Positions 49,216 through 58,344 of a DNA stretch of 64,000 nt are shown piece by piece (position 1 is the first letter of the stretch; each line of letters opens with the position of its first letter). Below the pieces are notes generated by a model. That model searched no databases. It had not been told where the DNA came from and saw only the letters and a program-made list of their open reading frames with translations. Origin of the DNA: an uncultured Verrucomicrobiaceae bacterium (GTDB lineage: Bacteria; Pseudomonadota; Gammaproteobacteria; Pseudomonadales; CAMLJR01). A program made the position numbers and the translations under genes. The stretch spans positions 81,582 to 145,581 of the forward strand of contig CAZCNY010000007.1 of assembly GCA_964500675.1 (NCBI GenBank), read 5' to 3'.

Positions 49216-50346
49216 TTACGCGGCCATCTCCTCTCGCTCTTCCAGATCGCGCTGTGCAACCGGTGCGATGAACTGGAATTGGTAACCCAGCGCCGTCAGC
49301 TCACGTTGCATCTGTTGCGCGTTTTGATTACCGGCAGGGCAGCTGTAAGCGAGCAATTGCTGCGGATATTCGCGATGAATTGCCGCGGCGAATTGTCGCG
49401 CTTGTTCGAGATCGAGTTGAGCCGTTTCGAGCCAGAGCACATCGGCATATGGCGCATATGCGAGGCCGCGCGCAATCGCTTGCTCGATACCGCCGCGCAC
49501 TGCGTAAAAGCCTTCCTCGGTGCGCTCGCCGGTCATGAACGATTGATCGCGCGGATCGCAATCGGAGCTCAACAGGTTCGTTGTGTTGGCCGTGGTGCGC
49601 GCGACGATTAATGTCGGCACATCCTCAACATCGGCCGCGAGGCGCGCCGCATCCAATTTCTGCGCGACTTCGCGTGTCGGCATCAACACGTTGTCCATGT
49701 GAGCACGGCCGATCTGGCCGCGATGTTTGGTCGAGGTGAGCTGATCGTCGAAATGCACGCCCGCAGCACCGGCGCGAATCATGTTTTTCATGAGCTCGAA
49801 TGCGTTGAGCGCACTGCCGCTGTGAGCTTCGGCATCCGCTACGATCGGCGCGAAATAATCGATGAAGTCAGCATCGCCGGCGCAAGCGCTGGCTTTCCAC
49901 TGTATTTGGTCGGCGCGCTCGAACGCATTATTGATACGGCGCACGAGCGAGGGCACTGAATTGATCGCGTAGAGCGATTGGTCGGGGCGAATCGTTTCCG
50001 CACTGCTCTGATCAGCGCTTGCATGCGAACCGGAAAGATAAATGGCCTGCGCGCCGGCTCTGACCTGCTGTACTGCCTGCTCTCCGGTCAGAGCGGTTTG
50101 CGCATGGATGCAAGCCTGGTCCGTCGCGAGCAATTCCCAGAGCTTTTCCGCGCCGAGTTTGGCGATGGTGTTGTCGCGTTTGATCGAACCGCGCAGCCGC
50201 ACCACGTCTGCGGCGGTATAGGTCCGAGCGACGCCGTGCCAACGCGGATTTTCGGCCCAATCGGCCTCGATGCGGGCAGTTTCAGCGCGGCGATCGTATT
50301 TTCCCAGAGTGTGTTGAGCGTGCTGAGTGCATTGCGTGGTATTCAT
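49216..50346 (-). CDS. isocitrate lyase homologue lacking the catalytic KKCGH signature and C-terminal lid (pseudoenzyme or diverged ICL/PEP-mutase superfamily member)
   Basis: ORF 49216..50394 trimmed to ATG 50346 (GGAGAA RBS). 376 aa, strongly collinear with AceA/Icl1 (PDQSLY..NSVP, RADQIQW, IVADAEA, NAFELMK, VHFDDQ, VART, SDCDP, GERT, YAPYAD). However, it reads LTSTKHRGQIGRAH where ICLs have L.S.KKCGH.GGK, SGSH for SGWQ, AYSCPAGNQ for AYNCSPSFNW and FIAPVA for FITLAG. It ends ~55 aa early. Confidence 0.8.
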   Translation of the reverse strand: MNTTQCTQHAQHTLGKYDRRAETARIEADWAENPRWHGVARTYTAADVVRLRGSIKRDNTIAKLGAEKLWELLATDQACIHAQTALTGEQAVQQVRAGAQAIYLSGSHASADQSSAETIRPDQSLYAINSVPSLVRRINNAFERADQIQWKASACAGDADFIDYFAPIVADAEAHSGSALNAFELMKNMIRAGAAGVHFDDQLTSTKHRGQIGRAHMDNVLMPTREVAQKLDAARLAADVEDVPTLIVARTTANTTNLLSSDCDPRDQSFMTGERTEEGFYAVRGGIEQAIARGLAYAPYADVLWLETAQLDLEQARQFAAAIHREYPQQLLAYSCPAGNQNAQQMQRELTALGYQFQFIAPVAQRDLEEREEMAA

Positions 50347-50484
50347 GGCACTTCTCCAACCGTATGTCCGGTGCAAGAGGCAGCGTGTGAGCATCTGCGA
50401 TGAGGCATATTAGGGGCGGGTTGATGCATTAGCCGAATTTATTATTTTTATCCCTTGTATTTATCGCATGAATAGTTGGGCGGG

Positions 50485-50934
50485 TCACCGTCGCTTCTGC
50501 CGCAGCGCGTGCATCATGATGAGCACGACCGCAACGTTGAGCGCCAGCGCGCCGATGCTGATCCCGTCGGTGCGGCGGACCAGCTCGGCGATTTCAAACG
50601 GGATGTACACCGCCGCGCTGATCGCGGCGAACATTTCTGCCCAGGTCGCCTCGTGGAACAACCCATAGGCCTCGATAAATCGAGCGAGGGAATATGCGGC
50701 AGCGCCGAGTGCCAGCGTCACGAGTTTCGGGTTGCCCAGATGCGTTGCCGCCGCAATGAAGATACTCGGATATTTTGCGGCCGGATTGAGATGGGCGTGT
50801 TCGATCAGACGTACCGCGAGTTCATGCACATCGCGGTGAAAGAGCAGCAACAATCCCGATGCCGCGGCGACTGCAAGGAACCCTTTGAACGCCTCGAACA
50901 ATGCCACGGCTTTGATGGTTTTATGTAGACGCAT
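50485..50934 (-). CDS. DUF2127-like inner-membrane protein
   Basis: 149 aa with 4 TM segments. The start LHKTIKAVALFEAFKGFLAVAAASGLL resembles DUF2127 family members as I recall them. Confidence 0.6.
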   Translation of the reverse strand: MRLHKTIKAVALFEAFKGFLAVAAASGLLLLFHRDVHELAVRLIEHAHLNPAAKYPSIFIAAATHLGNPKLVTLALGAAAYSLARFIEAYGLFHEATWAEMFAAISAAVYIPFEIAELVRRTDGISIGALALNVAVVLIMMHALRQKRR

Positions 50935-51135
50935 AATACAATGTCAGTTCGATCGCGAAACTTCGCTCTAAGATTGATCCGCGCTGTTGCTGCCTGTTTC
51001 GCGGCGATGTTTTGCAGTGATGTTATGCGCTGAAGCATTGCGATTGTAAATGCCGATAGTGATTTTCTGCGGAGTGGGTTCGATGACGAAATCGCGATGC
51101 GATGCGGCCGCCTTTGCGTATGGCAGCGCGATGTG

Positions 51136-51169
51136 AAAAAAAGCCGCAACATCGTTGCAATGTTGCGGC
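51136..51169 (-). terminator. rho-independent terminator of the phosphoesterase gene
   Basis: On the minus strand, GCCGCAACAT-(7-nt loop)-ATGTTGCGGC (10-bp perfect stem) is followed by T7, 14 nt after the TAA at 51183-51185. Confidence 0.85.
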
Positions 51170-51182
51170 GCGCGCTTGTGCT

Positions 51183-52289
51183 TTACTGACAGCTCGTCAG
51201 CGGATCTTTGCAGTAGGCGACATTTTCCCAGCTAAACACATCGCGTTTGCGCGTGTCGATCGTGAGTTTCAACCATTCCGCAGGCGCGTTGGTCGAACCC
51301 TGCACGGTAATGCGCGTGAGATTCGGCACCGCTTGCGTGTGGTGAATTTGTCCCGTCGCGCTGCTCGGATCGGCGAGCGGCTGATCTTCTTCATACACGT
51401 GCGAATCGCCGTTCAACAACAGCACGGGTTTGCCGAAATGCGCGCTGAGATCGGCGAGTTTCTGCACGAACGGCGTGTACGCGGAAAGCTCATCGCTCGC
51501 TAGCGCTTCAGGATCCCACATGTCGGCTTGCAGACCGATGACGACCGCTTTGGCGTGTTCGCGCTCGGCCATATCGAATGCTGCTTGCAGCCAGCGCATA
51601 TTGGCACCTTCGCGGTCCGCAACTTCCATCGCCTGCGCACCGGGGTTGGCGAAATTGCCCGTCCACGGCACCGTGTCGTCATTCGAACCCGGCACATTGA
51701 GCGTAACGAAAACAACGCGGCCCTGCCGCCACATCACATTTTCGACAAATTGCGCATCGTGCGGATAGGCGCTATCGAAATGTTGCGCCTGGCTGATCAC
51801 CGGCATTTCACTCATACCCAAGGTGCGGCCGGGTTTCGCGAAAAACAATTGACGCACGCTGGCGAGTTCGTTGAGCGGCGCACCCGCGGCTTTTTCTTTC
51901 GATTTGTGGCAATCGGTCCACTCGTTGTCGCCCGGCGTGTAAACCATCGGTGCATGGAATTGTTGGAATTGATAATAGATCGATTGATTCCAGCCCGGGT
52001 TGGCACTCGCAATCGTCGGCAGAATGCCGGCGCTTGTGCACGGCATGCTGCCCGAATGAATATCGCCGACATGCAGCACGAGATCGACGGCGCGATCCGC
52101 GTTTACCGAATCGATCAGCAGTGAGGCATTGTCGAGCAAGTTCTGGTTGTACGGCCAATCGCCGAATACGGCGAGTGTGATGGGGCGTGCATCTCGATCG
52201 CCGTTGTCCATGGGTTCGCCCGCGATGCTGCAAGCGGCATTGGTGAGACCGGCGGTAATAAGCGCCGCGCTCCAGAAGAATTTATGCAT
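51183..52289 (-). CDS. secreted (possibly lipoprotein) metallophosphoesterase
   Basis: ORF 51183..52589 trimmed to MHKFFWSAALITAGLTNAACS... at 52289. Has calcineurin-like motifs (FGDWPY, HVGDIHSG, TPGDNEW, VIGLQADMW, LLNGDSHVY). Confidence 0.8.
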   Translation of the reverse strand: MHKFFWSAALITAGLTNAACSIAGEPMDNGDRDARPITLAVFGDWPYNQNLLDNASLLIDSVNADRAVDLVLHVGDIHSGSMPCTSAGILPTIASANPGWNQSIYYQFQQFHAPMVYTPGDNEWTDCHKSKEKAAGAPLNELASVRQLFFAKPGRTLGMSEMPVISQAQHFDSAYPHDAQFVENVMWRQGRVVFVTLNVPGSNDDTVPWTGNFANPGAQAMEVADREGANMRWLQAAFDMAEREHAKAVVIGLQADMWDPEALASDELSAYTPFVQKLADLSAHFGKPVLLLNGDSHVYEEDQPLADPSSATGQIHHTQAVPNLTRITVQGSTNAPAEWLKLTIDTRKRDVFSWENVAYCKDPLTSCQ

Positions 52290-52455
52290 GGGAACGATTC
52301 CTGTTGAAAAGAAATTTAGGGCTACGAGTGCCGTGTCGACACAACGCGTAAACGCAAAAGCGCGCGTCCAATTTAGAGGCGCGCGATGACAGCTTTGTGA
52401 TGAAAATATTGCGAGGAAACGTGCCGCATTTACGAGTAACGTTTTCGTAACCAAA

Positions 52456-54309
52456 TTGCAAACTGTCGGTGACACACTCGTCGCTTCGCGATATGTCAGC
52501 CGTGTGCTGGCCGTATTTGTCGTTCGCAATGAGTTGTTAGAGGTCACGTTGAACGCAGTCAATCCTGTCGGCGTCATTGCCCATCTCATCAGTCAGCAAG
52601 CTCTCCGCGTTTTTTTTCAACCCATAGTCGCGCTGAACAATGCGACTATTTTTGCGCACGAAGCGCTAATTCGCGGCCCGGCCGGCAGCGCTGAAGAGTT
52701 TCCCGACGTGCTGTTCGCCACCGCCAATCGCGAAAATATGCGCGCCGAATTGGAAATGGCGTGCTTGCAAGCCGCGTTGCGGCGCGTGCGCCAGCAAGCG
52801 ATTCCCGGTTATTTATTTTTAAATCTGAGCGGCAAGGTATTGCTGACGGTTGCGCACGAATGGGGCACCGACGCGTTATTGCGTTGGTTCGATAGCGAAG
52901 GTGTGCCGCTGAGCAAATTGGTGATCGAAATTACCGAGCACGATCGCGTCAGTGATGTCGATTACTTGAAGTCGGTTGTCGATTGTTTGCGCGCGCGCGG
53001 TATCGGCTTTGCGCTCGACGATTTCGGCGACGGCCATTCGAGCTTGCGTTTATGGGCCGAAATTCAACCGAGCTTCGTCAAAATCGATAAATTTTTTACG
53101 TCGGGTCTGGCCGATTCCAATTACAAGGCGCGCACGCTGCGCGCGCTCGGTTTTCTTTCCGAAATTCTCGGCGGCAGTTTGATCGCCGAAGGCATCGAAG
53201 ACGGCGAGCAGCTCGCCATCGTGCGCGATTTGGGCATCGGTCACGGCCAGGGTTATTTTCTCGGCCGTCCGCAAATCGACGCGGTCGATGCGACTTTAAC
53301 CGAAGCACAAACCGTAATTCGCAATCGCGAAGTGGCAATCGTCACGCAAAGTGTGAGCGCGGTGCCGAAAGGCGTCACCGTCGCGCGATTGATTATTCAT
53401 GTGGCGCCAATTACGCCGCAGTGGAGCAACGCCGATGTGCTCAAACTATTTCAAAGAAATAACGATTTGCACGCCGTCGCCGTGGTGGTCGACGATCGCC
53501 CGATCGGCTTGATCAATCGACGCCGCTTCATGGAGCGCTTCACGCAGCCGTACCATACCGAATTATTCGCGCGGCATAGTTGCACCGAGCTCATGGACGA
53601 TCAGCCGCGCTTGATTGAAGTGACGGCCGATCTCGCGGAAATGATGGCGATACTGACATCGTCCGATCAGCGTTATTTGACCGACGGTTTGATTGTTGTC
53701 GATGCGGGTGTCTATGTCGGCCTTGGCACGGGCGAGCAACTCGTGCGCACGGTCACCGAGCAGCGCATCGAAGCCGCGCGGCACGCCAATCCGCTCACGT
53801 TTTTGCCGGGCAATATTCCGATCAGCGAACACATCGAAAAATTGCTCGCGAGCGGCAATCGTTTTTACGCAGCGTATTGCGATCTCAACCATTTCAAGCC
53901 GTTCAACGATCAATATGGCTATTGGCGCGGCGATGAAATGATTCGATTGCTCTCCGCGGTGCTGGTGGGTGCGGTCGACAGCCGACTCGATTTTGTCGGC
54001 CATGTCGGCGGCGACGATTTCGTCGTCTTGTTTCAGAGCGTCGACTGGGAAGCGCGCTGTCGCGACATCATCGCTACATTCAACCAGCGCGCGCACGATT
54101 TGTTCGACGCCGAAGCGCTGCAAAAAGGCGGCATCGAAGCGGAAGACCGCGACGGTAATCCGCGTTTTTTTCCGCTGACGACGTTGACCATCGGCGCAAT
54201 TACGGTGCACGCTGGCGAATATCGCGATGCCGAGGCTGTGGCATCGGCGGCGGCTGCGGCCAAGCGCAAGGCAAAAAGTGCGCAAATGGGCTTGTATTTA
54301 ACGCAATGA
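52456..54309 (+). CDS. EAL phosphodiesterase - CBS pair - degenerate GGDEF (GGDDF) signalling protein
   Basis: EAL motifs are intact: FQPIV, HEALIRG, EITEH, DDFGDGHSS, KIDKFF, EGIEDGEQL, GQGYFLGRP. A central CBS-like pair follows. The C-terminal domain reads CDLNHFKPFNDQYGYWRGDEMIR...GHVGGDDFVVLF. The start is uncertain (TTG 52456 or GTG 52504). Confidence 0.85.
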   Translation: MQTVGDTLVASRYVSRVLAVFVVRNELLEVTLNAVNPVGVIAHLISQQALRVFFQPIVALNNATIFAHEALIRGPAGSAEEFPDVLFATANRENMRAELEMACLQAALRRVRQQAIPGYLFLNLSGKVLLTVAHEWGTDALLRWFDSEGVPLSKLVIEITEHDRVSDVDYLKSVVDCLRARGIGFALDDFGDGHSSLRLWAEIQPSFVKIDKFFTSGLADSNYKARTLRALGFLSEILGGSLIAEGIEDGEQLAIVRDLGIGHGQGYFLGRPQIDAVDATLTEAQTVIRNREVAIVTQSVSAVPKGVTVARLIIHVAPITPQWSNADVLKLFQRNNDLHAVAVVVDDRPIGLINRRRFMERFTQPYHTELFARHSCTELMDDQPRLIEVTADLAEMMAILTSSDQRYLTDGLIVVDAGVYVGLGTGEQLVRTVTEQRIEAARHANPLTFLPGNIPISEHIEKLLASGNRFYAAYCDLNHFKPFNDQYGYWRGDEMIRLLSAVLVGAVDSRLDFVGHVGGDDFVVLFQSVDWEARCRDIIATFNQRAHDLFDAEALQKGGIEAEDRDGNPRFFPLTTLTIGAITVHAGEYRDAEAVASAAAAAKRKAKSAQMGLYLTQ

Positions 54310-54338
54310 GTGTTTAATGCAATGAGGTGATCGTTCTC

Positions 54339-55214
54339 ATGAATCGTTCCGCGCCGTACACCCTGGGCATGGCGCTGAGCGAGGCGTGGCAGATGCAGTT
54401 GCGCGAATTGCGCGCCTGCGAGCGCGCAGTGATTGCGGGCGACGATGCCGAGGCGTTGCATCGATTTCGTGTCGCGCTGCGTACCACGCGCGCACTGTTG
54501 CGCTTGTTTCAAAGCGAACTGCCGGAGTCTGAAACGCTCGCGCGCGAATTGGCGTGGTTGTCGGACGCGCTGAATCGCGCGCGCGATCTCGATATCGTCG
54601 CGCAATTTATCCAGGGCCTGGCTGCGCCATCACTGTTAAATGAGCGGCGCGCACTGATCGCATGCAGCCGCGAATTGGCGCGTGAGCACGCGGCGCAACG
54701 TCGGGCCGTGCAAACGCTGCTGCGCGGGCGCCGCTATCGGCGGCTGTTGCAAGAGTGGGAAAATTATATCGCGCATCGCGTGCGCGAAGCCGAGCTTCCG
54801 ATCGCGCTGCATATTCGTGCCGAAACGGCACAACGCGTTATCGCACTTGCGCAGGCGCTGAAATTATTGCGGCGCTTGCACCGCATCGATAACGACTGCG
54901 CACCCGCAACGTTGCACCGGTTACGCATTCGCTGCAAGCGTCTGCGCTATTTATTCGAAGCACTGCCGCAGACGCGCACCGACAAAAAAATTGCCGCGCT
55001 GGTAAAAGCACTGGCGCGCCTGCAACGTATTTTGGGCGAGCACCAGGATGCAGTCGTCATTCGCGCGTGGTTTGCGCAGCTTGCCGATCGCCATGATGCC
55101 GCTATCGAAATACCGCAAACCTGGCATATCGCGGTCGAGCGACAACAGCGGCGCAGGTTGACCGCATTGCCGCGCGCATGGCATGCGTTGGTTAAAACCT
55201 GTGTCGGCATTTGA
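54339..55214 (+). CDS. CHAD domain-containing protein
   Basis: ~291 aa, helical. EALHRFRVALRTTRALLRLF and HRLRIRCKRLRYLFE are typical conserved CHAD His/Arg helices. Lies 29 nt after the EAL gene. Confidence 0.8.
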   Translation: MNRSAPYTLGMALSEAWQMQLRELRACERAVIAGDDAEALHRFRVALRTTRALLRLFQSELPESETLARELAWLSDALNRARDLDIVAQFIQGLAAPSLLNERRALIACSRELAREHAAQRRAVQTLLRGRRYRRLLQEWENYIAHRVREAELPIALHIRAETAQRVIALAQALKLLRRLHRIDNDCAPATLHRLRIRCKRLRYLFEALPQTRTDKKIAALVKALARLQRILGEHQDAVVIRAWFAQLADRHDAAIEIPQTWHIAVERQQRRRLTALPRAWHALVKTCVGI

Positions 55215-55551
55215 ATTTTCGGGTGTTCGGAAAGCGATGATGAAAGCGGAGGCTTGATGGCGTCGGTCGAAACGTTCCACTCGCCATCATTCCCAGCGCG
55301 CCAGAGTTGACAAAAGCTCGGGCATTGCCAGAGATAAAGAATTCTTGCTCCGTGTACCCTAAACTCGCCAAATTGATTGCCGACGACTGAAAGGGAAAGC
55401 CGTGAGCGCCAGCCAGCGGGTTTGAGACCGTTGGCGTTGGTACTGCCGCCATGCCGGTCATGGGCGCAGCGACATTATCCCTACTCAAAGCCGAAACGAA
55501 ACTACAATACACGATAAAAATACCGGGAGGAGTTGAATGACGCAAAAACAA
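55192..55551 (-). pseudogene. N-terminal remnant of a paralogue of the 56253..57785 hydrolase-like gene (frameshifted, 3'-truncated)
   Basis: INLASLGYTEQEFFISGNARAF aligns with FDLGSVGYQQSEYFISGKARSY of the intact gene. The next segment matches only in another frame (NDGEWNV versus TDGKWSV) before returning (SLRFHHRFP versus FKTRFLIYRP). The ORF then ends inside the CHAD gene 3' end. Confidence 0.65.
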
Positions 55552-56040
55552 TCCCAGTCACCGAGAAGCGAGTCGACCAATCGGGTAGATCGTCTTGGTC
55601 ATCTCATCAGCTTACTTGAGCGCATTCTGCGCAAAGAACTATCGGATGCGTTGGCACCGATGCAATTAACACTGCAGCAATATGCTGCTCTGCAGATATT
55701 GAACAACAACGATAAGATGTCGAACGCTAAGCTAGCTAAACGATCTTTTATGACACCACAATCGACGAATGAAATGGTCAATACAATGGAGGCTAAATCA
55801 CTCATCGTTCGGCAGCCGAACGAAAACCACGGGCGCATTATTCACATATTGATCAGTAGAAAAGGTAAAAAAACGTTGCAGAAAGCCGATGCAGCCGTGC
55901 TGGAAGTCGAAAAGCGCATGCTGGAGCACATCCCGCAGAATCATCGCATTAAATTTCGTGATCAGCTTATCGGCTGTATCATCGCTTTAAAAGCTTCTGT
56001 TTTACAGGACTTTCCGCTTAACGAAAACTTGGATACTTGA
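55537..56040 (+). CDS. MarR-family transcriptional regulator
   Basis: 167 aa. LTLQQYAALQILNNNDKMSNAKLAKRSFMTPQSTNEMVNTMEAKSLIVRQPNENHGR is a winged-helix MarR pattern. A counted 60-nt line gives 40% G+C. Confidence 0.85.
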   Translation: MTQKQSQSPRSESTNRVDRLGHLISLLERILRKELSDALAPMQLTLQQYAALQILNNNDKMSNAKLAKRSFMTPQSTNEMVNTMEAKSLIVRQPNENHGRIIHILISRKGKKTLQKADAAVLEVEKRMLEHIPQNHRIKFRDQLIGCIIALKASVLQDFPLNENLDT

Positions 56041-56061
56041 GTTAGTTATTTTTGAACTAAC
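56041..56061 (+). other. AT-rich hairpin immediately after the marR stop
   Basis: GTTAGTT-atttttg-AACTAAC (7-bp perfect stem) with no T-run. Could be a weak terminator or a protein-binding site. Confidence 0.3.
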
Positions 56062-56125
56062 TCTATAAATAGTGGCAAGAAATCGCATCCCCGCACTAGC
56101 CATCTCCACTTCATCTTGCGTTTTA

Positions 56126-56142
56126 TATCAGGCTGCCTGATA
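56126..56142. promoter_or_regulatory. 17-bp palindrome, candidate MarR operator
   Basis: TATCAGGC-T-GCCTGATA lies between marR and the hydrolase-like gene, 111 nt upstream of ATG 56253. Confidence 0.4.
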
Positions 56143-56252
56143 CTTGCTGCGCCATGTGACATCTGGCGCTCGCCGAGATCGATTACTACCGATCATTTAA
56201 GATAAAAAATAAGAGAGCGCATTAAGCAATACGAACAGACAGGACATCAAAA

Positions 56253-57785
56253 ATGCCAATAATAAGATCGACACCTAAGCAGATGGTGAGGGGCGCGCAG
56301 TTTCTATCTATTTTCCAACTGTTGATCGTCGTCAGCGTAGGATCATTTATGAGCGCCTGTAATTCCGGTAGCAGCGGCCATTCTTCTACAGTCACGCCAA
56401 ATCCCGTCATCGAAGGGCCAATTGCTGGCACGCCTACATTACTCGGCACCACCATGTTCGATCTTGGCTCTGTTGGCTATCAGCAGAGCGAATATTTTAT
56501 TTCCGGCAAAGCGCGCAGCTATACCAGCAACTCGACGTTAAATACCGATGGCAAATGGTCGGTGCGTGTTGCCGACACAGCGGATTTTAAAACGCGCTTT
56601 CTTATTTATCGACCGATCGATGCCGCTGCGTTCAATGGCACAGTGATATTCGAATGGCTCAATGTAAGCGGTGGTCCCGACACGGCTGCTGAATGGATGG
56701 TGTCGCACAACGAGCTGATCCGAAAGGGCTACGTGTGGATCGGTATTTCGGCACAAAGCGCCGGTATCCAAGGCGGTGGCGTGAATTTTTCGGGGCTACA
56801 GCTGGATTTAAAAACGATAAATGCAGCGCGTTATGGCACGCTCACGCATCCGGGCGATAAATACGCTTTCGATATATTTTCGCAAGCCGCACAAGCAGTT
56901 CTCCATCCCAAGGATATCGATCCGTTAGCGGGTTTACACGTGCAGCGCGCATTCGCTGTTGGCGAATCGCAATCGGCCGATTTTCTGGTGACCTACGTGA
57001 ATGCGATCGCAAAAGACGCGAAATTATTCGACGGTTATTTTATTCACAGTCGGTTTCACGGCACCGTCGGTTTGAATCCCCCAACCTTTACTTCGGAAGG
57101 CATCGATTTTCTCGCGCGGCCTAGCGTGCTCGTGCGCGATGATCTGGATGTGCCTGTCATGATGTTTCAGACTGAAACGGATGTTTTGATGTTTGGATCG
57201 TATTCCGAGCGTCAGCCCGACAGCGCGCATTTCAGGCTTTGGGAGGTGGCTGGTACCGCGCATGCGGATATCTATTCGGCGCAGACCAGCCTGACTGATA
57301 AGGGTAATGATCCAAATGTTGCTGCGGTTATTGAGCAGAGTTTTCCGCTCTATGGTTGCACCATTCCGGTCAATTCGGGACCACAGCATTTTGTCGCTAG
57401 CGCAGCTATTGCCGCACTCGATAATTGGGTGCGCAATGGGGTGGCACCAGCGTATGCAGATCGGCTTGAAGTTGCGGGAAATCCTGCGGCATTTGTTAAG
57501 GACAGCGTCGGCAATGTACTGGGCGGTATCCGTACGCCATATGTTGATGTGCCCGTTGCGATATTGTCTGGTGAAGGTCAGACGGGAAATTTGCTCTGCA
57601 CGCTGTTTGGTACCACGCAGCTATTCGACAGCACGCAACTGATGAGTTTGTATCCCGATCACGCCACCTTTGTTTCTGAGATAAATACATCGGTTGACAG
57701 TGCCGTGAGGGAAAGATTTTTGCTGCAGCCTGATGGTGATCTCATCAAAACGTGGGCGCAATCATCCAATATCGGCACGCATTGA
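56253..57785 (+). CDS. alpha/beta-hydrolase-like lipoprotein of unknown function
   Basis: 510 aa with a signal peptide ending FMSAC (lipobox-like) and a nucleophile-elbow-like AVGESQSADF. I recall this large family only as hydrolase-domain proteins of unknown substrate. Confidence 0.65.
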   Translation: MPIIRSTPKQMVRGAQFLSIFQLLIVVSVGSFMSACNSGSSGHSSTVTPNPVIEGPIAGTPTLLGTTMFDLGSVGYQQSEYFISGKARSYTSNSTLNTDGKWSVRVADTADFKTRFLIYRPIDAAAFNGTVIFEWLNVSGGPDTAAEWMVSHNELIRKGYVWIGISAQSAGIQGGGVNFSGLQLDLKTINAARYGTLTHPGDKYAFDIFSQAAQAVLHPKDIDPLAGLHVQRAFAVGESQSADFLVTYVNAIAKDAKLFDGYFIHSRFHGTVGLNPPTFTSEGIDFLARPSVLVRDDLDVPVMMFQTETDVLMFGSYSERQPDSAHFRLWEVAGTAHADIYSAQTSLTDKGNDPNVAAVIEQSFPLYGCTIPVNSGPQHFVASAAIAALDNWVRNGVAPAYADRLEVAGNPAAFVKDSVGNVLGGIRTPYVDVPVAILSGEGQTGNLLCTLFGTTQLFDSTQLMSLYPDHATFVSEINTSVDSAVRERFLLQPDGDLIKTWAQSSNIGTH

Positions 57786-58344
57786 TTTTTCGCAGCTGCA
57801 ACATAAAAATATTTCTTTAAAATGTGCCTGCGGTTCCGTGTCAATAATTAAAGGATATAGCATTGATCTTTCAGAATATAATTGTTCTTGGCCTACTAAC
57901 CTGTTTCAGCTCGGAGAAATTATTTCTTGAAAATTATAGGTAAGTCGCTTTAGTGAAATAGAGCATGTCGGAAGTACCACGGTATCCTTGTATTAAAGCG
58001 TAATAGGCGTGACGTCATCAGTTCTGCGGATCGCCCTTTTTATAATGGGTAATGTCCGCTTCTATTCCACAAGCTGACATTGAGTGCGAAAAGGTTGAAA
58101 GACCGCAACGGGCCGACGGTGAATGTCCATGATTCTCAATTGTGCGATCCGCGAGTAACCGCTTTCCCACTTGCGGTATTTTCAACAGCGCCGGATGCAG
58201 AACGGTTTTGCCGGCGAGGTCCAATTTTAATCACGCATTGTGGATGCTCGCATTTTCCTAACGCCATGCGCGGAAATTTTAAAAGTGTGTGCGCTATGAA
58301 GACGGCTGGCTTGGAGATGGCTTGATTTCGTTAATCGAAAATTG

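Noticed and set aside
52386-52392. Perfect CTGTCAT Pho half-site (minus strand) upstream of the secreted phosphoesterase
   Set aside because: The second half-site at the 11-nt period is absent (CGCCTCT). A single heptamer is expected by chance, so it is mentioned only within a finding.
58018-58224. 68-aa TTG-initiated ORF in the AT-rich spacer between the hydrolase-like gene and TetR
   Set aside because: It has no RBS, no motif I can place and an odd composition. It may be a gene fragment, but I cannot support any call. Worth a blastx only.
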